Positions 35,749 to 47,826 of a stretch of 64,000 bases of DNA are shown here, in pieces (position 1 is the stretch's first letter; every line of letters begins with the position of its first letter). Both the position numbers and the translations under genes were made by a program. The DNA is from Hydrolagus affinis (Eukaryota), in assembly GCA_012026655.1 (NCBI GenBank), contig JAAILG010001240.1:1-64000 (forward strand). The letters are read 5' to 3'. The notes below the pieces were generated by a model. That model worked only from the letters and a program-made list of their open reading frames with translations, made no database searches and was not told where the DNA came from.

Positions 35749-37699
35749 GTGCGTAAAAGAGCAGACTTATAAATACAATGCCAGGAAAGTTTACATTATT
35801 CATATAACTCACAGCTGGATTGCGCCTTTTTTTTCCACTGATGATATAAAATTCACTATCATTCCACACTGCTCAAGTTTACTAGCCTGCTGCCAAGATG
35901 GTTAGAAGCAGGACCAAATTAAAAGAGCTTTTGATAGCAGGTATTTAAACGATAAGCATTTAATTGGTTAATCATAGTACTCCCAAAATTAATTGTAAAA
36001 CCTGTGCTAATAATTTCTTAATCCTGCAATTCTTATTTGTTACCAATTTATTTTTGCCATTTTAAATCTGCAACAGAAACAATTTATATACAATTGAGGT
36101 TATACTGCAGAAACTAAACTATACAAGTACAATGCAGTATAGACAACTACTTTTAAATCTGAATCAAGTCATTTATGAATCTGACTTTGAGATCGTGGTG
36201 GCAAACAGTTTTCAGCCAATACAATCTATAATTTTAGATCGCATACTGGAGATATAAACTGGATCGGCGTTGCTGAAGGGAGTGGTCAAGTGTATGCATA
36301 TGACATCGCATCTGGAGAGATAAATTTGTTTAGGTAGCATACCTACAACAAGAGACTTTTACAGAAAACAAGGCTTTTTACATAATACTGTAACATTCTT
36401 TCTTATTCACTTCAACTGGCAAATACAATCAACACTTTGCAGGCATCTGATAAGAGAGGTGAAAAGTGCAGACCAGTTTCAGAGCCCAAGGCTGCAATAA
36501 CAATTTAAGTAAAAATTACAAAATGCTTTAATCACAGAAATGTGAATCAGCAAGCAAATAAAAGGGAAGTTAATCAAAAAGGAGAAATGGATCTTGAATG
36601 AGTTAAGAGAAATAACTCAAGCGACCATACCACAAACACAAAGAACCTGGTCTGAAGTAGTAATAGTCGGCCCATGGAAGCACAGCTGAGATTCCCACTT
36701 CCTCTATGGAACAGAGTTCATTTGGCTACATTGTTATGCAGATATGCTCCAGTACCGAGAGACTAGAGAAGGAAAATGGAAAACAATTAAAATATGGGTA
36801 AGACCTGAGAGCTTCAAATCAAACCATGGGGACGGGTGCAGCAGCTGAGTCCAAGATCTAGTCACTAATATTTAATGTGCACTTGGGCTTTCGGGAGAAA
36901 AGTGTTTCAAAAGTGTTAATTGAAGCCAAATATAATACAGTACTCCATTCTTTATACTCTACATTTTGAATAATAAATCAGGCACTTTAATCACAAATGT
37001 TTGTGGTATTGCTGCGCACAGTGCATTGGCTGCCACATTTCGCTCACAATATATACAGTCAATTTACTTTGCAGTATATTCTGTGAAGTGCTTTGAAATA
37101 TTTCAAATACATGATAAGGTGCTAAGATTATTATTATTACTCCAACTATAAGTATAATTTTCAGCCTTCACATATAGCTGGTAATGTTCACGAGTTTAGA
37201 GGAAAGGAAACAAATAGCGAACGACACTGCACCTTCCACAAATTGTTATACTTGTGCTGCCATTTTGGTCAAGTGATCTTCCTCCTTTCCATTGTACAGT
37301 AAAACTCACAAGTCGTATCAGTTAGGATCATAACATTTCTTATGACTTTTGCAAAGTACGAGTTATGGCAAACTTGCATAAGTTGTATCATATATGACTT
37401 ATGTGATGTTATGTATAAATTGGATTTTATGTGACTAATAAATACATAACAAATGCTATTCCAAGTATTGTACTGGCTGGTGAAATTCAGGCAACATTTC
37501 TATACCATGTTTAACTAATTCAATTAAAGTTATGTAGCCCAATCTTTCCATATAGAGTAACACACAGTATTGTACCTCATGAGCAGACAATATGTACTGT
37601 AGTACAATGAATGGCACAACCAAACAGATTTCAAAAACAGAACTATTTTAATACAATATAATCTTAATTTGTGTTTAGTTGGGGTATCTGCATTACCTG

Positions 37700-37968
37700 A
37701 TGTCCTGCTCTCCTTCCCCCTACTCCCCTACGCCGAACCCTCCCCTTGCCATCTTTCCCACCCTTTTCCCTTAATCCCACTTCCATGCTTGTTTGTGGGA
37801 CACTGCTGTGCGCAATTTGGCTGCCACGTTTTGCCCACAAATATACAGTCAATTTTCCTACTCTTCTTCATCCTGCCCGATCCCTCCCCCCCTGCTCTCG
37901 TCCCTGCCTAACTGTGCAGCGCCTTGTGACGTCCTCTCGACGTGAAAGGCGCTATATAAATGTAAGTG
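37700..37968 (+). mobile_element. Headless Deu-core / L2-tail hybrid repeat (copy B)
   Basis: C-rich leader + tttgtgggacactgctgtgcgcaatttggctgcc + ...gacgtgaaaggcgctatataaatg tail. Confidence 0.65.
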
Positions 37969-38454
37969 TCGGTCGGTCGATTGTGCCTGGTCAATATCTA
38001 CTAGTTCACTGTTCTGTATTGTGCATGATGTGCTTCAGCACTGCAGCCAGTAAGTGCGCATACAGTGATGGGTAAGGAATTAATTCCCTCAACTGTTTCG
38101 CATGGAGCATGCTTTTTTAAGGCAGTAAGTGACGGTTCCGCCTCACCCACTAAGTGATCAGGGGACGCTCTCTCCTCTCTCAACCCCCCACCCCGCAGTT
38201 GTGTGCGATGACATTGGTGTTATGCCTCTGGGAGGGGGAGTGAACAGAGTGCCGGGGTGAGCATGTGAGGTGTTCCAGTTGAAGCAAGCACAGGAAACAA
38301 GATTTTGACAATGCAACAAAAAGATTAACCCTAATCACTTCAAACAGCACCTAGTTTGAAAGAGAACAATGAGGCAAATATCGACAGCACCTCTGAAGGT
38401 TGATCTTGAACTGAAAAGAGAAGAAAACAACTCCAAAAATGGTAATCCAACATT

Positions 38455-39000
38455 TACCCTGTCACCCTTACCCGGCTCCACTGGTTCCCCATCCCTCAAA
38501 GAATAGGATTCAGAATACTCATTCTCGCTTCAAGGCCCTCCTTGGCCTTGCCCCCCTCCTACCTTTCTGACCTGCTGACCCCCTATCAACCTGTCCACTC
38601 CCTCCGTTCAGCAGGCTCCGGTGTGTTCCTCGTCTACATGGCCTTGACCCCCTCCTTTCTCTCTGACCTGCTGGACCTCTATCATCCTATCCCCTCCGTT
38701 CAGCAGTATCTGCTCCATGTCAACCACCCAATCTGCCCTACCATCAGTGGCCAGGCTCTCAGCCTCTCTGCCCCTATGCTTTGGAACTCCATCCCACAAT
38801 CCCTTTACCTTGCTGCCTCCATTGCCTCCTTCAAGACAGGTCCCAAAACCCTTTCATCGACCGTGCCTTCAGTCACCATCTAACCTCTCTGCCCTCCCTC
38901 ATCCCAACCCACTCCCTTCGGGTCCTGTCCCCTGATGGCTCGTTGCCTTGGCGTGACGTGAAAGGTGCTCTACAAATGTAATTTTGTTGTTGCTGTTGTA
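38455..39000 (+). mobile_element. L2 LINE 3' end
   Basis: LHWFP...APSYLSDLL...LWNSIPQSL remnant; (TTG)n tail. Confidence 0.8.
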
Positions 39001-39573
39001 CTAGTCAATTAAATAATCTCACGTTAACAAAGCTTTAGCTATGCTTTGTTCCCATACAAAGCAAACAATACTCTGAGTTGAAAATGCCTCTTACTTCAAA
39101 AGTTCTATGCAACAGAACCAACCAGTGATATTTTCTTTCAGTGGAAAGAGCTTAGCATAGCAATTTTTTCAGTCAAGTAAAAAGGAAACAATTTTCAGCA
39201 AAAGTGATGAAGTGATCAAATAACTCCCCTATTCTCATGCAAAAAAAATACTGTTCAAAGTGTCCATTATTGCAGTTTACAAATCCCCTCTTGCAAAAAT
39301 GAACTGCTAGTTTTAAGGTCTATGTATTCAGCTGCATTCTAATAGTTGTGAATTGAACAACTATTGTTGAACTAGACTTTCACTTTGAAATTCAAAGCCT
39401 TCAAGATGAGGATATCCTAGATTCTCAAGGTTGGTATTTCACTTATTAGAAAATGCACTTGATACTGGCAGCACATTTGAAATTTCCATTTTCAGCATAT
39501 GCTGCTTAGATTAGTTAAAATGACTACAAAACAGAATAATAATATTTCTTGTTTTTGATATAGCGCCTTATTA

Positions 39574-40418
39574 CATAAGATAAGAACAAAAGAATTAGGA
39601 GCAGGAGTAGGTCATTCGGCCCTCCGAGCCTGCCGCGCCATTCAATAAGATCATGGCTGATTTTCTAATCCATCTCCACCTACCCGCTTTATCCCCATAT
39701 CTCTTAATCCCTTTATCCACAAGAAATCTATCAATCTCAGTCTTGAATATGTTCAAGGACTGAGCATCTGCAGCTTTTTGGGATAGAGAATTCCATAAAT
39801 TCACTGCCCTCTGAGTGAAGAAGTTTTTCCTCAACTCAGTGCGAAAGGGCTGACCCCTAATTTTAAGACTGTGATCCCTGGTTATAGTTTCTCCAACCAG
39901 GGGAAAACAGTCTCCCACTATCTAATCTTATAGGTTTCTATAAAATCACCTCTGATTCTACTATATTCTAGAGATTATAGGCCTAGATTGCTCAACCTAT
40001 CCTGATAGCTCATCCCCGTCATCCCAGGTACCAACCTACTGAATCTACGTTGTACCTCCTCCAAGGCGAGTATATCCTTTCTTAAATAAGGAGACCAAAA
40101 CTGCACACAATATGCTAGGTGCCATCTCACCAAGGTTCTGTACAGTTGCAGCAAGACTTCCCTACTCTTATATTCTAACCCTTTTGTAACGAACGCCAAC
40201 ATACCGTTAGCCTTCCTAGTTGCTTGCTGTACCTGCAAACTAACATTTTGTGACTGGTGTACAAGGTCACCCAAGTCCCTCTGAACGCTAATACTATTCT
40301 CTCCCCTTCTAAAAAATAATCTGCTCTACTGTTTTTACCACCTAGATGGATGACTTCACACTTCCCTACATTATACTTCATCCATCACCTACTTGCTCAC
40401 TCACCTAGCCTATTTATA
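39574..40418 (-). mobile_element. CR1 LINE 3' end (~840 bp)
   Basis: KYNVGKCEVIHLG..LYRTLVR.HL.YCVQFWSPYLRKDI..RKNFFTQR.VNLWNSL; ttcttatg-type tail. Confidence 0.9.
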
Positions 40419-41129
40419 TTACGTCATTGAGATGTCTGTATGTATTTTGTGGGCAGAACCTAGCAGTCAATTTGCACAAAATATCTCCAGACAGTCATCT
40501 AGATATAAAAAACTGTCAATCTAATGCATTATCCTATTATCTAACGACAAAGAACTTTATATCTCACAATAGATAATATATTTTTAAGTTCATTAACAGA
40601 TTTGTTCAATCCATAATCAATCAAAAGTACATTTCAATTTTAGATATAATCTAAAGCCTATTCTGTAAACCCATCTTTAGTCACTAGCAGACAAAATTCT
40701 CAATTTTTGAAAATTAAACTCTAAGAAACTAGCTCAAGGGAAGATGCAATAAATTTCTTAGTCTAATATCTGCATGGCAGTTGTGGTCATGTGTTAGCTC
40801 TGACAGCAAATATTAAGTAACATTAAACTAGACTTGGAATGACAATCATTTTAGACTTGTCCTTAGGGATCATATCACTTTCTATACATAAACACTGCTG
40901 AAATTTTCCAGGAAATCGTAGAACTTATATGCATAACACTGTACAAATCCCTAAAAGCACAGGATGCACTTTCAGTTGTGCAACTATAAATAAATTGAGA
41001 ATCATCAGCACTGCTTTCCTAAATAGTTAGATAGTTATGCTGGTAAACCTTAATTAAGAGCAACAATTAATGTTGAGCTCATAAACATCTAGTAGAAAAT
41101 GAATGACGTATAGTATGCAACGTCGTCTC

Positions 41130-42897
41130 TCTCTGTGATCAAGGTTCCCTCTGCCTCTTTTGTTCTCTGGTGCTCGCTACTGCATTTGATAGTTGATCAT
41201 GCCTCTCCTTCCTCAACCACCTCAAACAGACCGCACTTGCATGGTTCGAGTCCTACTTAACCAACCGTCATCACTTCATTCCCGCAAACATTTTTTCCAC
41301 CCTCCTCCAACTACCCTAAGTCTCCATCCATGGCCCACTTCTTTTCCTTATTTATGTTATCCCTTTCGCCAATGTCATCTGCAGACAAGGGGTCAACTTC
41401 CATATGTGTGCAGATGACACCCAAATCTGCTTCTCCTGGAGCTGCAACTCCAGGTCTGCTGATGTTCTGTCAGCTTGTTTGTTGGACATCAAGACCTGAA
41501 TGAGTACAAACTTCCTGCAGCTGAACATCAACAAGACAGAAGCCACAATGGCTCCTGTCAATGTCTTCGGTTCCGGTCCCTTCAACTTCCTCGACTTACA
41601 ATATCAAAGTCCGCTTAAATTGTGCCCCCACACTGGGTGGTATCTCATAGCGCTTAACAGTGGCGGAGCCTGCCTCCGAGCCGGGGGGGTGGGGGGTGTA
41701 GATTGGGTGGAGGTGATCATAAGCACAGTTGAAGGGGAAAGCTTTCAGGGGGGACTTGAAAAGGGCGAGAGAGGGCAAAGCAGAGAGACTGAGGGAGAGT
41801 GTTCAGGAGTTTGGGGACATAGTGGTTGAAAGCACAACTTCTGATGGTGAGGCGGACGGTGCAAGGGATGAGCAGTAGGCTAGTGCCAGTCAAGTGGAGG
41901 CGCCGGGCAGTGGATTGGAGAGTGAGGAGGTTGGAGAGGTAGGGAGTAGCCAGGGAGTGAGTGGATTTGAACACAAGTGTGAGGATCTTGAAATCGATCT
42001 GATCGGTGGAGCCTGGCAGAACTGGCGAGATGTGGGTATAGTTTGGTCCAGGTAAATATGCCGGCGGCAGAGTTCTGAATCAGCTGGATCTTTTGAATAG
42101 TGGAGCTGGAGAGACCACTGAGGACTGCGGTGGAATAATCCAAACGAGAGGTGACCTAAGACTTATTGAACATGTAATTAACCTTGGAGTCAATTTCGAT
42201 CCTCAGCTGTCCTTCTTACCCCACGTTTAGTCCCTGACCAAGATCGCTTTCCTCCATCTGCGTTACATTGGCCACCTCCGACTGTACCTCACACCCAAAG
42301 CAACCAAAACCCTTGTCTACCTTTCAGTCACCTCTAGCCTTGATTATTGCAATACCCTCCTCCCCAGCTTTACTATCCACAAAAAACAACTAATTCAGAA
42401 CACTTCTGCCAGCTCTAAACTCCAACAACAACAACAACTTCTATTTATATAGCACCCTCCACACCAGACGGCGTCTTAGAGCACTTAAACTCCATAACCC
42501 AATCACACCAATCCTCGCCAGACTCTGATTGGATCGACCTCATGATACATCTCACATTCATCTACAAATTTCACACTCTGGCACCTCCCTACCTCGCTGA
42601 CCTGCTTATCAGGTCCCTACTTTGCTGACCTGGCCACTCCATTGCCCACTACTTCCGCTAGGTTGACTCCAGTCTCCTGCTTGTCCCTCATCCCTTCCAC
42701 TCCACCATTGGTGGCCGTGTTTTCTTTTTCCCTCAATCACTCTGCCTTGCCCCCTTCCTTCCCCTTTTCAGATCATGCCTGAAGATCTTTCACTTCGATC
42801 GAGCTTACAGTCACCTACTCCATCCCCTGCTCGGCATCAGGTTCCATCACTCCAAGGGGACGTGAAGGATGCTATATAAATACAAATTGTTGTTGAT
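41130..42897. mobile_element. Nested L2 cluster (+ strand L2 interrupted by a - strand L2 at about 41650-42157 and a 61-bp L2 tail)
   Basis: YADDTQ/LQLNINKTEA remnant on +; [19 protein letters not shown] on -. Confidence 0.75.
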
Positions 42898-43585
42898 GCT
42901 TTATGCAGAATTTATACCTGGACTATTCGATCTGCATGATAAATATAGCACACAATAATTTCAGGAATGCATACGAAGTAGAATTATAGCCTAAAGATCT
43001 AGTGAAGGAGCAGAGGGATCTGCGTACAATTAATGTCAGTAAAAGTGGCAAGTACAAAAAGCTGTCAAGAAGGCAAATGGGATTTGGGAATTTATAAGAC
43101 ACAGTATTCAATGAATTAGGGAAGTTTTAATGGAATTATTTAGGACATTGTTTGGAGGATTGTGTTCTATTTTGGGCTCCTCATTAAATATTCCATTTTG
43201 TGTTTTGGAACGAAATGTGTGCACTTTCTTTCTGGAGGGATGCACCATTCTTAACTAATTCAGAAATTGGATTAAGCAAAGGTTAGGGGGATTTAGTCTC
43301 TGCTCCCAATGACTGCACTGTGGCCCCAACTCCAGTCCCCTGATGGGCCATCAGCAGTGCCCTGCAGGACTGGTTTGGGAGACTGCCACAGGGGATTGGC
43401 TGGATTCTGACATTTTTGCTAGCCAGCTCAGCTCCAGAGACCATGTGTACCAAAGAGGATAGTAGAAGACTCTCAAAGGAGTTTCAGAAAAAGAGAATTG
43501 GAAGAAAAGTAATTTAGTAAAAAAACATTTAACATATTAGTACGTACATCACAATTTTGAATGCAAAACTAACTTTTTACATTAC

Positions 43586-43756
43586 CTTTCTGATGAAGTT
43601 CACATGGCATTCTCCTTTTTGCTGAGGTGGAGGGCATTCAGGGGGCACTGTATAATTGCTATACAAAGCATTCTGTTGTGCTGCATAGAAGATGGCAGAT
43701 ACAAATCTGATTTCAATGAAGTTCTCCTCTTTGATCACTTCAGTGATATCAAATGT
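43586..43756 (-). CDS. MANBA: MANBA exon 4 (171 nt)
   Basis: ttatag|[57 protein letters not shown]|gtaat. Confidence 0.95.
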
Positions 43757-44097
43757 CTATAATAAAAGACCAAAATAAAAAAATTATAATAATGCCTGAA
43801 AGTTAGCATATCTGTTAATTCTATGCGGACAAACCATCTGTATAAAAAAAGCTCCAAAATGGAATTATGATATTAAAAGATATTTCATTCTTCATAGCTT
43901 CATATTCACTGTTGGTATTGGTCCTACTTTTGTCTGTTTTTTTTTTACACACCTGGGCAGATCAATAAACAGTATTTCTGGACTTCAATGCACTCATCCC
44001 CCCACCTACCCCCCCACACACTTACAATATTTTCCTAAAGACTTCTCCTTCTCCATAACTGCTAGAAAAAGTCCACATTTTATTTATAGCAAACGCC

Positions 44098-44672
44098 TTT
44101 GTCACCTCACCTCACAGCTGGACTATTCAAATGCCCTCCTTGCCGGTCTCCCCTCCACCACAATCCATAAAATCCAACTCATCTAAAACTCTACCGCCCG
44201 CATACTCACCCGCACCAAACTTCGCTCCCCCATTACCCCAGTTCTTGCCAGACTTCACAGGCTCCCTATCCCAGAGAGATCAACTTCAAGATCCTCACCC
44301 TTGTTTTCAAATCCCTCCACTCCCCTGTATCCCCCTACCTCTCTGACCTCCTCTCTCCTCAAACCAGCTCCCGTTGCCTTCGCTCCACTGGGTCTGGCCT
44401 CCTCCATGTCCCCCGAATCCTCTGCTCCACCCTCGGCAGCTGGGCCTTCAGCCACGATGCCCCAAGGCTCTGGAATTCCCTTCTCACTACCTTCATCTTG
44501 CCCCCTCCTTTCTCAGTTTCAGGTCCCAGCTGAAGACCTTTCTCTTCGACCCCGATTTTGGTCATCTTTCTACCCCTGTCCCTGGCTCGGTCCCGGGATC
44601 CGCTATTGTGAAGTGCTCTGAGAAGCCGTCCGGCATGGAGGGCGCTATATAAATCAAAGTTGTTGTTGTTGT
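44098..44672 (+). mobile_element. L2 LINE 3' end
   Basis: L2 ORF2 C-terminal remnant and gcgctatataaatcaaag(ttg)n tail. Confidence 0.85.
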
Positions 44673-45327
44673 TGGTACTTCATCATTGTTGCAGAGGATT
44701 TGCAACAATGATGTCACCATGATGAGCACTATATCAAATGCAAATATCATTATTATATATTCACAAGAGAAGAGAAACTTGATAAATTAAAGCAAAATAT
44801 CAGAGCCTTTGATTTCAATCTAGAGGGCTCAAAAATCTTCAGGTTTCCAAAACCCTGAGCCTATAAATTAAACATGTGAATGTGATCATAAATCCAAAGA
44901 TAAACATTCAAGTTATTGTGGATATCTTTAATACAAGTTATGCTGCCGATTAGGAAATGAAGGCAATTTGGTCAAGAAGCCCATTTAGTGGTCATGAATT
45001 GTCAATGCTATTGATGGGACTCCACCTACAATAACAGCCTCATGTGGAAAAACATGGATACATTACTCAGTTGGCATTCAGGCCAAAATAAAAAAGATAA
45101 ACTTTTAAAATAGCTTTATTGTTATATGGGAAATACTATTATAACAGCAACAAGTTTTTGTAGATCTGCCAATTGTTACTGTTATGAGCTTTTAGTGAGG
45201 TTGGCAAGACTTGTTGGAATAATAAGATCCTGCAATTATTTCACACATATACAATTATAACTGAGAAACAAGTTTGTATCTGCTTTAAATAGTACCCTAA
45301 CTATTTTTTATACAAGAGATTACTCAC

Positions 45328-45433
45328 ATATTTGATGAACATGTTGTTTGTAGTCCCGACGGTGATATTATTAACAAGCACTGTTACAACGGTATCCATC
45401 CCCTCACAAACTAGATTTATTTTCTTCCATTTG
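45328..45433 (-). CDS. MANBA: MANBA exon 3 (106 nt)
   Basis: taacag|KWKKINLVCEGMDTVVTVLVNNITVGTTNNMFIKY|gtgagt. Confidence 0.95.
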
Positions 45434-46467
45434 CTGTTAAAGAATACATTGATCCAAATATCAAACTATATTATAATAGTACTTCTTGTATTTGATAGTG
45501 TGCCTTATCTCATTGAAAGGTTTTGAAACGTCAGAATAGTTTTCTGTAAAGTTTCTGTATTTGTACACAAACAAATGTAAGTGTAGTCAGGGGCAGCCCT
45601 GAAGGATAGCCCTGCTGTTTTACAGACCAGGAGATTGCTGATTTGAACCCACACTATGCTTACTGGTCTCAGCCAGAGCTGCATATCAAGGCTAAATTAT
45701 TCCAGGTCTTTCCAGGGTTAAGAGAGCTCCCACTCCTGATTGCTATCAGGGCACTCCTGCTAGTAAATGAGTATGTGGCAAAATAGTTTCAGGCATGCTT
45801 GTGATGCTTCCATGGTTAAATAGCCTGCCAACATTTACAGTCAATGATCTCAGTACAGTATTATGTATTGTATGCATGTGATAACTTCATATCTGACTTG
45901 TTTTCTTACCCAAAAGTTGACCAATCCCAAATAGCAAGCATATGAGCCTCTCTATTCTGCAGCCATAATTCAACAAATATAGATTCAACAAGTTTATTAG
46001 TTGTATGACATTAGTGGAGAGTATTTACTTGAACAGGGAAGAATAAATTGTTTCACTCATGTCACTTCCTCCCCTTTTCCCCAAACTCAAAGGCATTTGA
46101 GGTATCAGCCTGGCCTCAGTTGGTAGCCCCACCAATGGTGGTACTTTAACTCACAGTCAAAACTGACACCCTAATCCAGTATTGGGGGAGTGCTGCATTG
46201 TTTGAGGTGTCGTCCTTGAATGTTAAAACAAGGTCCCATCTGCCTGTTCAGGTGGATACTAAAGATCTAAAATTAGCACTAATCAAAAGAACATTGTTTC
46301 TCTCAATGTCTTGGCCACTCCATCCCACCACCATGATAAAATTGCTAATTCACTTCATGACTGTTTACGATTGCTATGCACAAATTGTCTGGCATGTTAT
46401 TAAATGCAATATCAAATGCAAGCATTATTATTGTTATCCACCATTACCATTTATCTACTGTACTACA

Positions 46468-46742
46468 CCTGTGTTCGAATCCAGGCAGATTTGGGCGAAA
46501 CCTTGCGCAAGTTTCCTTACTCCACACGCTTAATAATAATCCCTCAAATAAAACAATAATAAAATTGGTCATTTCAATCCATGACGTTGGTGGGACACTG
46601 CTGTGCGCAATTGGCTGCTGTGTTTTTGCCCACAAATATACAGTCAATTCAGTATATTCTGTGAAGTGCTTTGAGACGTCTTTGAGACGTCTAGAAGATG
46701 TGAAAAGTGCTATATCAAATGCAAGGATTATTATTATTATTA
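46468..46742 (+). mobile_element. 5'-truncated Deu-domain SINE
   Basis: From the B box onward, core and tail with a tttgagacgtc duplication. Confidence 0.85.
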
Positions 46743-46829
46743 CTAGTCTAATGTAATAAATACACCCACTTCCAATCAGCCCAGTCTCTATCTAAACCAT
46801 TAAAAACATTATATACTGGTAGATATTAC

Positions 46830-46924
46830 CTGACATCAGGGGGAAGATTAAATGTCCTGCTGTACGTCCAGTTGTCCAGTGCAATCCATCTGTAGGTGTC
46901 ATCATTAAATCTATAATAAGGATC
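46830..46924 (-). CDS. MANBA: MANBA exon 2 (95 nt)
   Basis: cttttag|[31 protein letters not shown]|gtaata. Confidence 0.95.
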
Positions 46925-47040
46925 CTAAAAGTAAACAGAAATGTTTTATTTACACCATAGCATGTTTTATTTACACCATAGGATGTTATTCTGTGACAAT
47001 TTTTCTCAAACGTTCTGGTTAAACACATACAGTACTGTAT

Positions 47041-47826
47041 CATGGCAAATTAAATATAATGTAGGGAAGTGTGGAGTTATTCACCTAGGTAGTAAAAACA
47101 GAAAAGCAGATTATTTTCTAAAAGGGGAAAGAGTAGATAGTGTCAGCGTTCAGAGTGACTTGGGTGTCCTTGTCCACCAGTCACAGAAAGTTAGTTTGCA
47201 GGTGCAGCAAGCAACTAGGAAGACTAATGGTATGTTGGCGTTCGTTACAAAAGGGTTAGAATATAAGAAGAGTCTAAGAGTCTTGCTGCAGCTGTATAGG
47301 GCACTGGCCCTAGAATATTGTGTGCAGTTTTGGTCTCCTTATTTAACAAAGAATGTACTCGCGTAGATTCACTAGGTTGGTTCCTGGGATGAGGGGGGGT
47401 TGAGCTATGAGTATAGGTTGAGTAATCTAGGTTTATATTCTCTAGAATATAGAAGAAATAGAGGTGATCTTATAGAAACCTATAAGAGTATTAAGGGGCA
47501 TGACAGAGTAGACAGTCGGAGACCATATCTCCTGGTTGGAGAAACTATAACTAGAGATTAGGGGTTAGCCTTTTCACACTGAGTTGAGGAAATACTTCTT
47601 CTCTCAGAGGGTAGTGAATTTATGGAATCCTCCACCGCAAAAGGCTGTGGATGCTCAGTCCTTGAACATATTCAAGACTGAGATTGATAGATTTCTTATC
47701 GATAAGAGTTTCTTAAGGGTAGGTGGAGTTAAATTAGAAGATCAGCCATGATCTTATTGAATGGCGGGGCAGGCTCGAGGGGCCGAATGGCCTATTCCTG
47801 CTCCTAATTCTTATGTTCTTATTATG
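47041..47826 (+). mobile_element. CR1 LINE 3' end (~790 bp)
   Basis: WQIKYNVGKCGVIHLG..LEYCVQFWSPYL; ttcttatgttcttattatg tail. Confidence 0.9.

Noticed and set aside
39595-40381. Reverse-transcriptase-like ORFs (also 46941-47366, 50573-50854, 58035-58358, 59574-59982)
   Set aside because: Frameshifted, truncated CR1/L2 remnants; no intact autonomous element in the window.
45650-45845. Fragments resembling an ancient SINE-like repeat (also about 57465-57600 and 62288-62400)
   Set aside because: Too degenerate to assign a family or boundaries without a profile search.
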